From: an uncultured Bacilli bacterium
Lineage (GTDB): Bacteria > Bacillota_I > Bacilli_A > RF39 > UBA660
Assembly: GCA_947632595.1 (NCBI GenBank)
Contig: CANRPY010000004.1
Coordinates: forward strand, 775 to 64,774
DNA: 64,000 nt
Reading direction: 5' to 3'
Shown here: positions 63,743-64,000 of the stretch, piece after piece
Numbering within the stretch: the first letter of the stretch is position 1
How the letters are laid out: every line of letters begins with the position of its first letter
Position numbers and translations under genes: made by a program
Notes under the pieces: generated by a model
The model's input: the letters and a program-made list of their open reading frames with translations, nothing else
What the model was told of the DNA's origin: nothing
The model's database searches: none

Positions 63743-64000
63743 ATGTATCAAAATAAAATTTCTTTAACGACTCGTGATATTTTAGAAAAAGATTTTAAAA
63801 TTGATATGAGAGGGTATAGTTTAAAGGAAGTGGATCAATTTCTAGATGTTGTTATTGGTGATTATGAAAGTTTTTTAGAAATTATTAATAACCTAGAGAA
63901 AGAAAAGGCAGATTTACTTGCTGAAATCATGAATCTTAAACAAGAGTTACGTAATTCTCAATTGAGTGTAGAAGTAGCTTCTAATAGAGCTTCTATGGGA
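63743..64000 (+). CDS. gpsB: DivIVA-domain cell-cycle protein GpsB (3' end lies outside the window)
   Basis: MYQNKISLTTRDILEKDFKIDMRGYSLKEVDQFLDVVIGDYESF... is the DivIVA/GpsB N-terminal domain. It is divergent from recU-ponA, as in Bacillus. A TTGACA-17-CATAAT promoter lies upstream. Confidence 0.8.
   Translation, partial: MYQNKISLTTRDILEKDFKIDMRGYSLKEVDQFLDVVIGDYESFLEIINNLEKEKADLLAEIMNLKQELRNSQLSVEVASNRASMG

Noticed and set aside
1-64000. I searched for mobile elements, prophage genes, CRISPR arrays, tRNA/rRNA genes and classical defence-system genes (restriction-modification, Cas, abortive-infection ATPases, reverse transcriptases).
   Set aside because: I recognised no integrase, transposase, terminal inverted repeats, Cas-like, REase/MTase-like or RT-like protein in any frame. 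No cloverleaf-like or rRNA-like segments were seen. The window appears to be core chromosome with a few small accessory loci.

Overview
This is an AT-rich, low-GC Firmicutes-type chromosomal segment. It uses the standard genetic code (TGA acts as a stop) and is densely packed with about 70 genes. I found no rRNA or tRNA genes, CRISPR arrays, integrases or transposases. The backbone is housekeeping with Bacillus-like synteny: dnaD-nth / ponA-recU / gpsB, der ... spoIVA with hup nearby, cdaA-cdaR, and ezrA-thiI. Other core genes are rnr, fhs, leuS, tyrS, trmB, rpsD, two ackA copies, nrnA-like, engB and cca. The organism looks like a spore former, because the window carries an alpha/beta SASP, SpoIVA, and SpoVIF-like and Cse60-like proteins. 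Two T-box leaders are readable, with specifiers CUU (Leu) and UAC (Tyr). Each drives a two-gene operon in which an extra gene precedes the synthetase. Items worth a second look: (1) LeuS carries a ~147-aa in-frame insertion with a perfect Nudix box inside the CP1 region. (2) In the der-spoIVA sporulation neighbourhood, a 501-aa protein has seven 42-nt in-frame repeats encoding DKVMPYIDTAPSV plus five degenerate ~50-aa modules. (3) A signal-peptide-less peptidoglycan hydrolase with a helical N-terminal domain sits in front of two WXG100-type genes, convergent with a FemAB-family gene, and no type VII secretion core genes are in the window. (4) A thioester (TQXA-type) adhesin is paired with a sortase that lacks the canonical Arg, and its sorting motif reads VPNTH. 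(5) A PrsW-type protease lies between two acetate kinase paralogs. (6) Two unrelated membrane-anchored proteins share a C-terminal Cys-loop motif. All functional calls come from motif recognition by eye; no database search was run.
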